A stretch of 64,000 nucleotides of DNA, taken from assembly GCA_041660885.1 (NCBI GenBank), contig JBAZVM010000002.1, forward strand, positions 81,538 through 145,537. The letters run 5' to 3'. Of the stretch, positions 18,575 to 27,318 are shown piece after piece. How positions within the stretch are numbered: position 1 is the stretch's first letter; each line of letters starts with the position of its first letter. The notes under the pieces were generated by a model that ran no database searches, was not told where the DNA came from, and saw nothing but the letters and a program-made list of their open reading frames with translations. The translations under genes and the position numbers were made by a program. Source of the DNA: Patescibacteria group bacterium (GTDB lineage Bacteria; Patescibacteriota; Patescibacteriia; UBA9570; JAHJKD01).

Positions 18575-20833
18575 TTAATCGTGCACCTTTACTCTTATCC
18601 TGTCAGATTTAATAGCGGTATTACCATAAGTGCTTCTAGCAGCAACAGTCGATGGTTTCCACCGTACTTGATAATACATGTTTTTAGCTGGTTTTACTGT
18701 GAAAACAGCCTTTCCTTTATGGTTGGTCTTTACGAAAGTTACCAACTTCCAAGTGCCTGATTTCTTGGCTTTTTTATATAATTTCACTTTTTTATGAGCT
18801 AGAACATCTTTGGTTGTGGAATCTTTTAATGTGGCGGTTAAAGTGGCGGAATTTCCTAAAGCGATATTATATTTATTTGCTTTAAAATTCAATTGAGCGT
18901 TGGAATGCATTACATAAACTCCGGTATTGGTTCCAGTAACTAATCCTCGAGTCTTGGCTGTAGCTAGAGCGCTTACACCCGTGGCCGTAGTCCCCGTGGA
19001 AAATACCATGGCATTGAAAGTCTCATCTTTCAAACCGGTATAATACAGGCTGAAATTTTCCCCGGCGTCGGTAGATTTATAAATACTGCCAGTGCCTGAA
19101 GGCCGAGCTGTAGACACATAAACCACATCGCTGCTGCCGGATTCCGTGGCTAACGCGTGATACCAACCCATTTCTTCCAAACCATTGGCGGTTAAATCTG
19201 TCCAAGTAGCGCCGGCGTCTGTGGATTTAAATACTCCGCCTTGATTGGTTTCTCCGGAGGCCGCGTAAACAGCGTCGCCAATTACCATAATATCATTTAC
19301 CATCTGCCCTTCTATATCCCCGGTTAATTGGGTCCATGTAGCACCATCATATTTATAAATGCCTCTTTTTGTGGCCGTGGTATCCCATTCATCGCCTACG
19401 CCGGCATAAATATCGCCATCGGCATCAACCGTTAAAACATTAACTTCTATATCGGTTAAACCCGCAGCAGTCCAAGTAACGCCATGATCAGTGCTTTGCT
19501 GCACTCCACCAGGATACGCGGCATACAAAATACCATCGCTGGTTTCTAGAAAAGCAGAAGCCGGTTCGCTTAATACCGCATCGGATAAAACCCAGGTGGT
19601 ACCGCCGTCTGTTGAATAATATATATTATTCAATTGGCAGGAAACCACATTGTTAATATCGTCCGGATTCATCCAGACCGCGGTGGCATAATCCACATTG
19701 CTGTTGGCAGTTATCGGGAAAGACCAAGTAGGATTGGCATCGGTAAAATTGATGGTCTTGGCCAAACCGCCATAAGCCGCCAGCCAAACCGTATTTTGAT
19801 CGGCGGATTGCGCTAAATCATACACGGTAATACCTAATAGTCCGTCATTCGCTTCGGCCCAAGTGGTGCCGGAATCACTGGTTCTAGCTACGCCAGTCAT
19901 TGATTCTATATACATTATTGCCGTATTGTTGGGGTCAATGCCCAAACTTTCGTCTTTTACCCTAGTCGCGCTGGTAGTTGTGCTGGTTAAAGCGGTCCAA
20001 TCCGTTCCATTATTATCCGTATAATAAGGGCCTGCATAAATTCTATCGCCGCTAAAAACGACGCTGCCGTGATGATCAGCGGTTAAGGTGCTCCAAGTAC
20101 CGGTAACGCCGGTTGTGGTATAAGTGGTGCTAGAACTTCCTTTTAACACTATAAAATTCGCATCTGTTGGTTTAACATCAACTGCGCCGGAAGAACCAGT
20201 TAAAGTTATACCGGTTGTAGCCCAAGTAGCGCCGTTATCCGCACTTTTAAATAAAGTTAAAGTATTTTCACCAGTTTGGCCTAACACATACACATCATTC
20301 GTGGTCGCGGCGGCGGAAATATGACCTATGGAAGTAATCGTGCTATCGACAATCACATTGGTGAAATTATCACCTCCATCACTGCTAATATTAATGGTTC
20401 CGTCTCTCATGCCGACAAACACTCTGCTTTGGCCGTAGTAAAGGGCGTTGCCAACATTTTGCGGGCTTAATTGCTCCCATGTGGCTCCGCCGTCTTCACT
20501 GCGGTATAAATTTATACCACCGATGAAATAAACAGCAGTTGATGATACATCAATATTAGCAATAGTGCCCACATCTTCTTCTGCGGGCAAACCGTTCCAG
20601 GTAGTTGCGCCATCAGTAGAATAAAAGAAACCGTTTGGAGAATTAAAGCCAACATAAACAGCGCTATCCGGGCCGACTTCTAAATCGGCTACATAGCCGC
20701 CATATAATTCCAGGCTAGTGCGCACAGAGCCGTCTTGGTCTTCTTCAAACACCGTATTAGCGGAAGAAACAACGGGCCCCAATAACAACAAAACGCTTAA
20801 AAAAGCGCTTAAATAAAGGATTTTTCCCCTCAT
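18575..20833 (-). CDS. Secreted BNR/Asp-box repeat beta-propeller protein with basic Ig-like C-terminus
   Basis: Signal peptide; many S(T/E)DxGxTW boxes; Lys-rich last ~105 aa. Confidence 0.85.
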   Translation of the reverse strand: MRGKILYLSAFLSVLLLLGPVVSSANTVFEEDQDGSVRTSLELYGGYVADLEVGPDSAVYVGFNSPNGFFYSTDGATTWNGLPAEEDVGTIANIDVSSTAVYFIGGINLYRSEDGGATWEQLSPQNVGNALYYGQSRVFVGMRDGTINISSDGGDNFTNVIVDSTITSIGHISAAATTNDVYVLGQTGENTLTLFKSADNGATWATTGITLTGSSGAVDVKPTDANFIVLKGSSSTTYTTTGVTGTWSTLTADHHGSVVFSGDRIYAGPYYTDNNGTDWTALTSTTTSATRVKDESLGIDPNNTAIMYIESMTGVARTSDSGTTWAEANDGLLGITVYDLAQSADQNTVWLAAYGGLAKTINFTDANPTWSFPITANSNVDYATAVWMNPDDINNVVSCQLNNIYYSTDGGTTWVLSDAVLSEPASAFLETSDGILYAAYPGGVQQSTDHGVTWTAAGLTDIEVNVLTVDADGDIYAGVGDEWDTTATKRGIYKYDGATWTQLTGDIEGQMVNDIMVIGDAVYAASGETNQGGVFKSTDAGATWTDLTANGLEEMGWYHALATESGSSDVVYVSTARPSGTGSIYKSTDAGENFSLYYTGLKDETFNAMVFSTGTTATGVSALATAKTRGLVTGTNTGVYVMHSNAQLNFKANKYNIALGNSATLTATLKDSTTKDVLAHKKVKLYKKAKKSGTWKLVTFVKTNHKGKAVFTVKPAKNMYYQVRWKPSTVAARSTYGNTAIKSDRIRVKVHD

Positions 20834-20922
20834 GTTTGTGTTTATTAATGATTATATTAATTTTATTAAATAAATTATAGCAAAAAATCAAATAATGCGC
20901 CAAGATATGCTATAATAAACAT

Positions 20923-21498
20923 ATGAATTTTTTTATTAAACATTATAAATTTTTTATCGCTTTTTTTGTATTAGTGATAATTAACGTCGCTATATATATT
21001 GTCGGTCCTTCAAATATTATAGATACCATAGGGGTATCAAACGGTTATTTGGTGGCTTTTATCGCCGCCGCTACAGCCGGGTTCTCTATGTTTACGGTTT
21101 CCGTGTTTTATTCCGCCTATGTCGCTTTAGTTTCAGCCGGCTTAAACATTTGGCTGCTAGCCTTATGCGCGGGAGTGGGCTTGGCCATAAGTGATACTAT
21201 TTTTTTCTTTACTCTATTGCACGGCCGCAATCTAATGCCCATGAGATGGCGTGAGCAAGCGGATAAATTCGCCAAATGGATGGAAAAAAGAGCAAAGATC
21301 GCCGTACCCTTTATAATTTTTTTCTATTGCATATTAATTCCCCTTTCCACGGATTTTCTTATGCTTGTTATGGCCATAGCAAAACAAAAAATCAGGTTAG
21401 TTTTTCCTTGCCTTATATTAGGTAATATCGTTTTCGCTTTTGAGGTTGCCTACCTTGCTCAACGAGGATACCAATTATTTTGGTGGAATTTTTCTTAA
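20923..21498 (+). CDS. Membrane protein, VTT/DedA-like
   Basis: Several hydrophobic helices; GVGLAISDTIFF..GR and IPLSTDFL. Confidence 0.55.
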   Translation: MNFFIKHYKFFIAFFVLVIINVAIYIVGPSNIIDTIGVSNGYLVAFIAAATAGFSMFTVSVFYSAYVALVSAGLNIWLLALCAGVGLAISDTIFFFTLLHGRNLMPMRWREQADKFAKWMEKRAKIAVPFIIFFYCILIPLSTDFLMLVMAIAKQKIRLVFPCLILGNIVFAFEVAYLAQRGYQLFWWNFS

Positions 21499-22191
21499 AT
21501 ACATTAATCTCTTCTGTTCCGAAAATTTTTCAATGGCATATCGAAGCATAGTACGCGGCATCTGTTTATAATATTTCTTTAAAAACGCTTCCTCTTGCGC
21601 CAAATCGCGCTTACCGATTTCCCTAAGCATCCAGCCCACGGCTTTATGAATTAAATCATGTTTATCATTTAATAATATTTTCGCTAACGCAAAAGTATCA
21701 GTAAAATCGTTATTACGAATAAAAGCATAAGTACTCATAATGGCGATACGCCTTTCCCAAAGATTAGCGGACTTGGCCAATTTATATAAAATTTTTCTGT
21801 CTTGGGAAAGCAAATACGGGCCGGATATTTTCGGAGCGGAAAGATCCACTAGATCCCAGTTATTTACGCGTTTGGCGTTGCGTAAATATAAATTAAAAAT
21901 TTCTTTTTGTTTAGCTGGGTCTTTCTTTGCTTTTTGAAACTGATTCACTAAAATAAATAAAGAAATCAAGCGCTCTTCGTGAATTTTGCTGTGCAAAGCC
22001 TTCTTGCAATCTTCTAAAAATAAATCTTTAAATTTTCTGGCGATTATTTTTGATTGGGGGTTGCGAATACCATAAAAAATGTCCCCTTCCCCGTATTCGC
22101 CTTTGCCGGTTTTAAAAAATCTCTGCAAAAAAGACGCGTCTTTTAAATTCTTATATTTTTTAATTTCTTTTTCCAGCTCTATTAAACTCAT
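21475..22191 (-). CDS. alkD: DNA alkylation repair protein, AlkD family
   Basis: FFKTGKGEYGEGD, HEERL, VNNWDLVD, LWERR, DLIHKAVGWMLRE, MPRTMLRYAIE. Confidence 0.9.
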   Translation of the reverse strand: MSLIELEKEIKKYKNLKDASFLQRFFKTGKGEYGEGDIFYGIRNPQSKIIARKFKDLFLEDCKKALHSKIHEERLISLFILVNQFQKAKKDPAKQKEIFNLYLRNAKRVNNWDLVDLSAPKISGPYLLSQDRKILYKLAKSANLWERRIAIMSTYAFIRNNDFTDTFALAKILLNDKHDLIHKAVGWMLREIGKRDLAQEEAFLKKYYKQMPRTMLRYAIEKFSEQKRLMYLRKIPPK

Positions 22192-23558
22192 TTCATTATT
22201 TTTTTAATTATTTTTAAAGACCAAGATCCAATAGGCGGATAGCGCAATGGAAGGTCAATTAAATTGGTTTGCCTCATTACGCTTTTTTGGTTGGAAAAAA
22301 GTTCAAAACTGGCGCGGCCGTGGTATTTGCCGAATCCGCTAGCACCAACTCCGCCAAAAGACAGTTCTTCCGGAGTAAGATGCACCAAAGTATCGTTGAT
22401 GCAGGCTCCGCCGGAAGATGTTTCATGCAAAATTCTTTCTTGAAAATTTACATTATTGGAAAAAACATAAAGCGCCAAGGGTTTTGGACGACTGGTAATA
22501 AAATAAATGGCTTGATTTAAATTATCATATTCCATAATCGGTAAAATTGGACCGAATATTTCTTCTTGCATGATTCTGCTCTTTACGGAAACATCGCTTA
22601 TTAATGTAGGAGCGATAAAAAGTTCATGCGCGTTATTTTCTCCCCCGTATAATACTTTTCCTTCATTAAGATAAGAAACCAATCTTTCGTGATGCTTGCT
22701 ATTGATTATTCGGCCGTATTCTTTACTTTCTCTTGGGTTAACGGTAAAAAATTTTTCCACTGCTTTTTGCAATTCCGCGATTAACGATTCCTTTACGGCG
22801 CGATCCACTAATAAATAATCGGGAGCGATGCAAGTTTGCCCGCAATTTAGAAATTTGCCAAAAGCAATGCGCTTGGCCGCTTTTTTTAGATCACAGTCTT
22901 TATCTACGATACAAGGGCTTTTACCTCCCAATTCTAAAGTTAACGGCGTTAAATTTTGAGCTGCGGCTTGCATCACGATTTTTCCCACAACTTCTCCGCC
23001 CGTAAAAAAAATATAATCGAATTGTTCTTTTAACAAATCCTGTGTTGTTTCCGCGCCGCCTAAAATAACTTTAATGTATTCGTCGGGAAAAAATTCATCA
23101 AACATCTGTTTAATAACCGCGGCGGTGTTTCCGGAAATCTCCGACGGCTTAAGCACGGCGCAATTGCCCGCGGCTATGGCCCCAACCAGAGGAGCGATTA
23201 ATAATTGCAAAGGATAATTCCATGGCGCGATAATTAAACTTACGCCATAAGGTTCGGGAATAATATAATTTTTCGCTAGCGGCCAAAAAAATTCACTCTT
23301 TTTGCGTTGCGGCTTAGCCCACTTTTTTAAATGCTTGATAGCGTAGCTGATTTCCCGCAAAGAACCGCCGATTTCTAAATAATAAGCCTGGGCTTTAGAG
23401 CGATGCAGATCTTTAAACAAGGCTTCTACCAGACTTTCTTCATAAGCTAAAATGGCGGAACGCAATTTAGCAAGCTTTTCCAGGCGAAAAGAAACGCTTT
23501 TCGTTTGCTGGGAAGCAAAAAAGATTCTTTGCTTTTCCAAGGTGCTTTTTATTTCCAT
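22188..23558 (-). CDS. Aldehyde dehydrogenase, class 3 (fatty/aromatic aldehyde type)
   Basis: IAPWNYP, LKPSE, FFTGG, LELGGKSP, NCGQTCIAPDY, EEIFGP, FGGVGASGFGKYHG, LRYPP. Confidence 0.93.
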   Translation of the reverse strand: MEIKSTLEKQRIFFASQQTKSVSFRLEKLAKLRSAILAYEESLVEALFKDLHRSKAQAYYLEIGGSLREISYAIKHLKKWAKPQRKKSEFFWPLAKNYIIPEPYGVSLIIAPWNYPLQLLIAPLVGAIAAGNCAVLKPSEISGNTAAVIKQMFDEFFPDEYIKVILGGAETTQDLLKEQFDYIFFTGGEVVGKIVMQAAAQNLTPLTLELGGKSPCIVDKDCDLKKAAKRIAFGKFLNCGQTCIAPDYLLVDRAVKESLIAELQKAVEKFFTVNPRESKEYGRIINSKHHERLVSYLNEGKVLYGGENNAHELFIAPTLISDVSVKSRIMQEEIFGPILPIMEYDNLNQAIYFITSRPKPLALYVFSNNVNFQERILHETSSGGACINDTLVHLTPEELSFGGVGASGFGKYHGRASFELFSNQKSVMRQTNLIDLPLRYPPIGSWSLKIIKKIMK

Positions 23559-23560
23559 AA

Positions 23561-24367
23561 TTAATATATCAATTTTTTTAAAGCGTGAATAATTTTTTCC
23601 GTTTCTTTTTCACCTATTTCAATCAATTGATTTTCTATGGCGGCAGTAAAATATTTTTTCGCGCCTTCATAAGCAGTATATGGTATGGGCAAATTTAAAA
23701 TGAAATCGGAATCTTTCATGCAATATTGCGCCAAATGATGACGCAAAATCTGGAAACTTCTTAAGGTGGTATTAAAATAAGTTAAACGCGATTTATTAAA
23801 AGTAGAATGCGCCTTGCAATCATCCAAATTAACGGAGATTATCACTTCCGCACCCATTTTCCGTAGTATATCATCCGGTATGGGGTTGGAAACGCCGCCA
23901 TCGACTAATATTTTTCCATGCCATTCCACGGGTTTAAACAATCCGGGCACGGCCATGGAAGCGCGCAAAGCCGTAACCACATCTCCCTTTAAAAAAGCCT
24001 CCTGCTCTCCGCTGATTAAATCGGTAGCCACAATACCGCAGGGAATGGATAAATCTTGAATTTTGGTATGAGCGAATATGCTTCTTAAATATTTTTCCAC
24101 TTTCCCGCCTTTTACTAAACCTCCGTGCAAAGAAGGTTCAAAAAAAGTTAAAATCTTATCCTTTTTATAATATAAGGTGTCCTGTTCTAATTTATCTATA
24201 TCTTGGTGCAAAGAAAAATGCGCGGAAACGAAAGAGCCAATGCTGCTGCCGGAAAAAAAATCTATGGGTATTTCATTTTTCAGCAAAGCTTTCAAAACGC
24301 CGATATGCGCCAAGCCTCTGGCACCGCCGGAGCCCAAAGCTAAACCTACTTTTTTTCTTTTATTCAT
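23561..24367 (-). CDS. Patatin-like phospholipase (RssA/NTE family)
   Basis: LGSGGARGLAHIGV, GSSIG nucleophile elbow, ASMAVPG, LVDGG. Confidence 0.92.
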   Translation of the reverse strand: MNKRKKVGLALGSGGARGLAHIGVLKALLKNEIPIDFFSGSSIGSFVSAHFSLHQDIDKLEQDTLYYKKDKILTFFEPSLHGGLVKGGKVEKYLRSIFAHTKIQDLSIPCGIVATDLISGEQEAFLKGDVVTALRASMAVPGLFKPVEWHGKILVDGGVSNPIPDDILRKMGAEVIISVNLDDCKAHSTFNKSRLTYFNTTLRSFQILRHHLAQYCMKDSDFILNLPIPYTAYEGAKKYFTAAIENQLIEIGEKETEKIIHALKKLIY

Positions 24368-24932
24368 ATTTTATTGGTTCAGATTCTAATTTTTCCAGTT
24401 TCAAAACATAACATATTATAAAAAATAACGGGCCAAGGAGAAAATACACCGCGCGCATCCAATTGGGCGCGTGCATGCAATCGCAGATGGGCAACCCCTC
24501 ATAGAGCGCGGTTTGTAAATCGTGCACATTAAAGGCATGATAGCCTATAGTCTCGATGAGCAACAGAGCTGACCAATAAACCACTAAAAATATTATAACG
24601 TCTTTATATTTTTTCTCTATTACAAAATATTTTTTTATAAGCAAAAATATCGTATATATTCCGGTTAGCCCCAAAGACCAAGCGAATAAAGGCAAAAAAT
24701 TTATGCCAAAAAAAGATAAATAATCATGATTATAGCCGTATTGCTCCCGCCCAAGATAAGCCCAAATTAAAGTAATTATCGTGGCCAGCGCCAATCGCGC
24801 GAAATTGTGCTTCTTTTTATACCAAATAAAATACCCTGCCAAAATAATATAAGCCACTAATAACACAATATCCGCTCGAACAAATAAAAGCAGGCTAAAA
24901 ACAATTAAACTTAGCAATAATTCCACTCTCAT
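24360..24932 (-). CDS. Hypothetical multi-pass membrane protein
   Basis: About 5-6 hydrophobic segments; overlaps the patatin start by 8 nt. Confidence 0.7.
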   Translation of the reverse strand: MRVELLLSLIVFSLLLFVRADIVLLVAYIILAGYFIWYKKKHNFARLALATIITLIWAYLGREQYGYNHDYLSFFGINFLPLFAWSLGLTGIYTIFLLIKKYFVIEKKYKDVIIFLVVYWSALLLIETIGYHAFNVHDLQTALYEGLPICDCMHAPNWMRAVYFLLGPLFFIICYVLKLEKLESEPIKYE

Positions 24933-25006
24933 TCTTATATGGTTATCGACTTTACTTTTTTTGTCAATCTAGATAAAATTAGATAAATAATTAAATATAA
25001 TTATCT

Positions 25007-25483
25007 ATGCCAGAACGAGGAGAAAATCATCCGCCAAACGACGCTGTCAGGGCTTTAAATTTTTTCGATCGTTTTATTAGAACAAATCTTGCTTCATACG
25101 ACCCAGCTAAGCGTTTGGATTTTATAGATAAAGTACAAAAGGCTTTGCAAGAGGCTATGCCGGATGTATATGAAAGAATTCCTGCCAGTTCGTCTTGCGC
25201 TATGACTGCCGATGCTCTAAACAGAATCTTAAGAGAAGAAGATCCAAAAAGTAAAATTGTTTCTCAATTGATGATAGAAATACCGGGTATCATTCATTCA
25301 TATCATCCATCTTTAAATTTAGAAAATTCTGATGAATTAGACAAATTACGGACCAGATTAGGAAGGGTACTGGACGAAATATATATGAGCAATAGATCTC
25401 TCGCCACTAATTTATTAAATGGCTATAGTGATGAGAACATCATAGAAGAAGCGATAGATAAATACCGAGCAAAAAATCATTAA
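25007..25483 (+). CDS. Hypothetical helical protein
   Basis: 158-aa ORF filling the gap, with TATAAT just upstream; no recognised motif. Confidence 0.6.
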   Translation: MPERGENHPPNDAVRALNFFDRFIRTNLASYDPAKRLDFIDKVQKALQEAMPDVYERIPASSSCAMTADALNRILREEDPKSKIVSQLMIEIPGIIHSYHPSLNLENSDELDKLRTRLGRVLDEIYMSNRSLATNLLNGYSDENIIEEAIDKYRAKNH

Positions 25484-25490
25484 CTACATT

Positions 25491-26579
25491 ATGAAAAAAG
25501 CTATTTACCCTTTATCCGCGGACCCCATTCATAATGGGCATATTTCTAATATCGAAAGACTATTAAACTTAAATCTGGTAGACAAATTATTCATTGCCAT
25601 TGGCAAAAATTACGAAAAAAGAACCAAATATCTTTTTAGTGATGAAGAAAAATTAAAAATCACGAAAAAAGCTTTGGCAATATTTAAAGACCGGGTAGAA
25701 GTGGAAGCTTTCCAAGGCTTGCTGGCGCATTACGCTAAAAAAAGAAGCGTTGATTTAATCATTCGCGGTTGCCGGCACAACAGCGATTTTGAAAACGAAC
25801 AAGTTATTGCCGAATTTAACAAAGCTTACAATTTAACCACTTTAATATTGCCTGCCCCAAAAGACACCTTCAGTTTAAGCTCCACCATGATAAAAGCCAT
25901 CACGGAAAACGGCGGCTTAACCCACGAATTCGTGCCTCCTGTTATTAAGCAGGCTTTGGAGGAAAAAATATTAAACATTACTTTAATCGGCGTCACCGGC
26001 AACACCGGCGCGGGTAAAACCAGTTTCTGCGCCAAGCTAGCCGAATTGAACGATAACTTTTTTTATATCGAGGTAGATAAATTAATAAAAAAATTATACC
26101 AAGAAAATAGCGAAGTGCGAGAAAACGTGAAAAAATCTTTTGGAACAAATATCTATCATAAAAACGAGATAGACCGTAAAAAATTAGCCTCTATAATATT
26201 TTCCGATCCTGTAAAAAGAATGGGACTAGTGGAAATATTAAGAACGCCATTTAAAATAGCCTTGGAGGAAAGTATAAAAAATTTAAACGGATTAATTTTA
26301 ATTGATTGCGCTTATCTGGTTGAATATAATTTAATGCCTTTGATAAATAACAATATAATACTACTTACTTGTTCCGATAAAACCAAGCAAAAAAGAAACA
26401 AGGAAGCCAAAAAAATATCCGAAGCGCAATATTCGGAAAAATTATTAAAAGAGACAATAAAAAAACAACAAGCAATAAATAATTACGGTAATTTTCTGGA
26501 AATCAATACAGAACGTGCTATTGATTACCGGTCCATAGCAGAGCGCCTAAAGCGGTTCCGTATTCTGAATACGAAATAA
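25491..26579 (+). CDS. coaD/coaE: Fused phosphopantetheine adenylyltransferase / dephospho-CoA kinase (CoaD-CoaE)
   Basis: KAIYPLSADPIHNGH, IIRGCR..DFENE, LSSTMIK, then IGVTGNTGAGKT and EIDRKKLASIIFSDP. Confidence 0.88.
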   Translation: MKKAIYPLSADPIHNGHISNIERLLNLNLVDKLFIAIGKNYEKRTKYLFSDEEKLKITKKALAIFKDRVEVEAFQGLLAHYAKKRSVDLIIRGCRHNSDFENEQVIAEFNKAYNLTTLILPAPKDTFSLSSTMIKAITENGGLTHEFVPPVIKQALEEKILNITLIGVTGNTGAGKTSFCAKLAELNDNFFYIEVDKLIKKLYQENSEVRENVKKSFGTNIYHKNEIDRKKLASIIFSDPVKRMGLVEILRTPFKIALEESIKNLNGLILIDCAYLVEYNLMPLINNNIILLTCSDKTKQKRNKEAKKISEAQYSEKLLKETIKKQQAINNYGNFLEINTERAIDYRSIAERLKRFRILNTK

Positions 26580-27318
26580 AATAAGATTTTTTATCTAATT
26601 CTTCCGTGTATTTTTTTAAAAGCTTTTTCAAGCATTCATTATTTTTTAAAGCTGACCCAATATAAACTACGTTCTTAAACCCCCCATAGCGCCGGATTTC
26701 GCTATATAACGCTAAGTCTTTCTTAGTGGTTATGGCCACTATATTCATCAAACCGGCGGCTAAATCTCTTTTTAGCGTTAAAGCGCCGGCTTGCGCGAAA
26801 TTGGCAATTATATAATCTGAAGCATAAAGATCTACAGCTTTATAATCCCCTTTGCCGGCTTGGCTGGATAAATTGTTAAAGTCGTTAAACTCTAGGGCTT
26901 TCGCCATGCCGGCCATGAATCCCCCTCCCAGGGAATTGCCCAAGGGCAATTTAAAAAACTTTTTCCCTTTCACGCGTGTATAAGAGGTTCCCGTTCCGAT
27001 AGAAACCAGCAAAAAATCTTTGGGCGCTTTTTTTCCTTTGGAAATAAAAAGTTTCTTTAAGCCGAAAAGCTGAAGTTTTATTTCTTCTTGTATTTTGTCT
27101 TCCAACAAAACGGGGCGCTTATTATTGATTTTTAAGAATAATAATTCTTTGGGAAAAGTTCCTATGCCCACCACTTGCGCTTCGCTGATTTTTTTTTGCT
27201 TTAGAAGAGATGCTATTTTAGAAAGGGTGTAGTTGGCGCTGGATATGAATTTCACTTTCTTGTCTTCCAAGAAAGCAATTTTTATCAAGCTGCTGCCTAA
27301 ATCTATTCCGGCATTCAT
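26518..27318 (-). CDS. coaW: Type II pantothenate kinase (Staphylococcus CoaW-like)
   Basis: GIDLGSSLIKI, VSIGTGTS, SLGGG..GM, GD...VDL, ANF, VVYIGS..NN, ALGAL. Confidence 0.8.
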   Translation of the reverse strand: MNAGIDLGSSLIKIAFLEDKKVKFISSANYTLSKIASLLKQKKISEAQVVGIGTFPKELLFLKINNKRPVLLEDKIQEEIKLQLFGLKKLFISKGKKAPKDFLLVSIGTGTSYTRVKGKKFFKLPLGNSLGGGFMAGMAKALEFNDFNNLSSQAGKGDYKAVDLYASDYIIANFAQAGALTLKRDLAAGLMNIVAITTKKDLALYSEIRRYGGFKNVVYIGSALKNNECLKKLLKKYTEELDKKSYFISYSEYGTALGALLWTGNQ

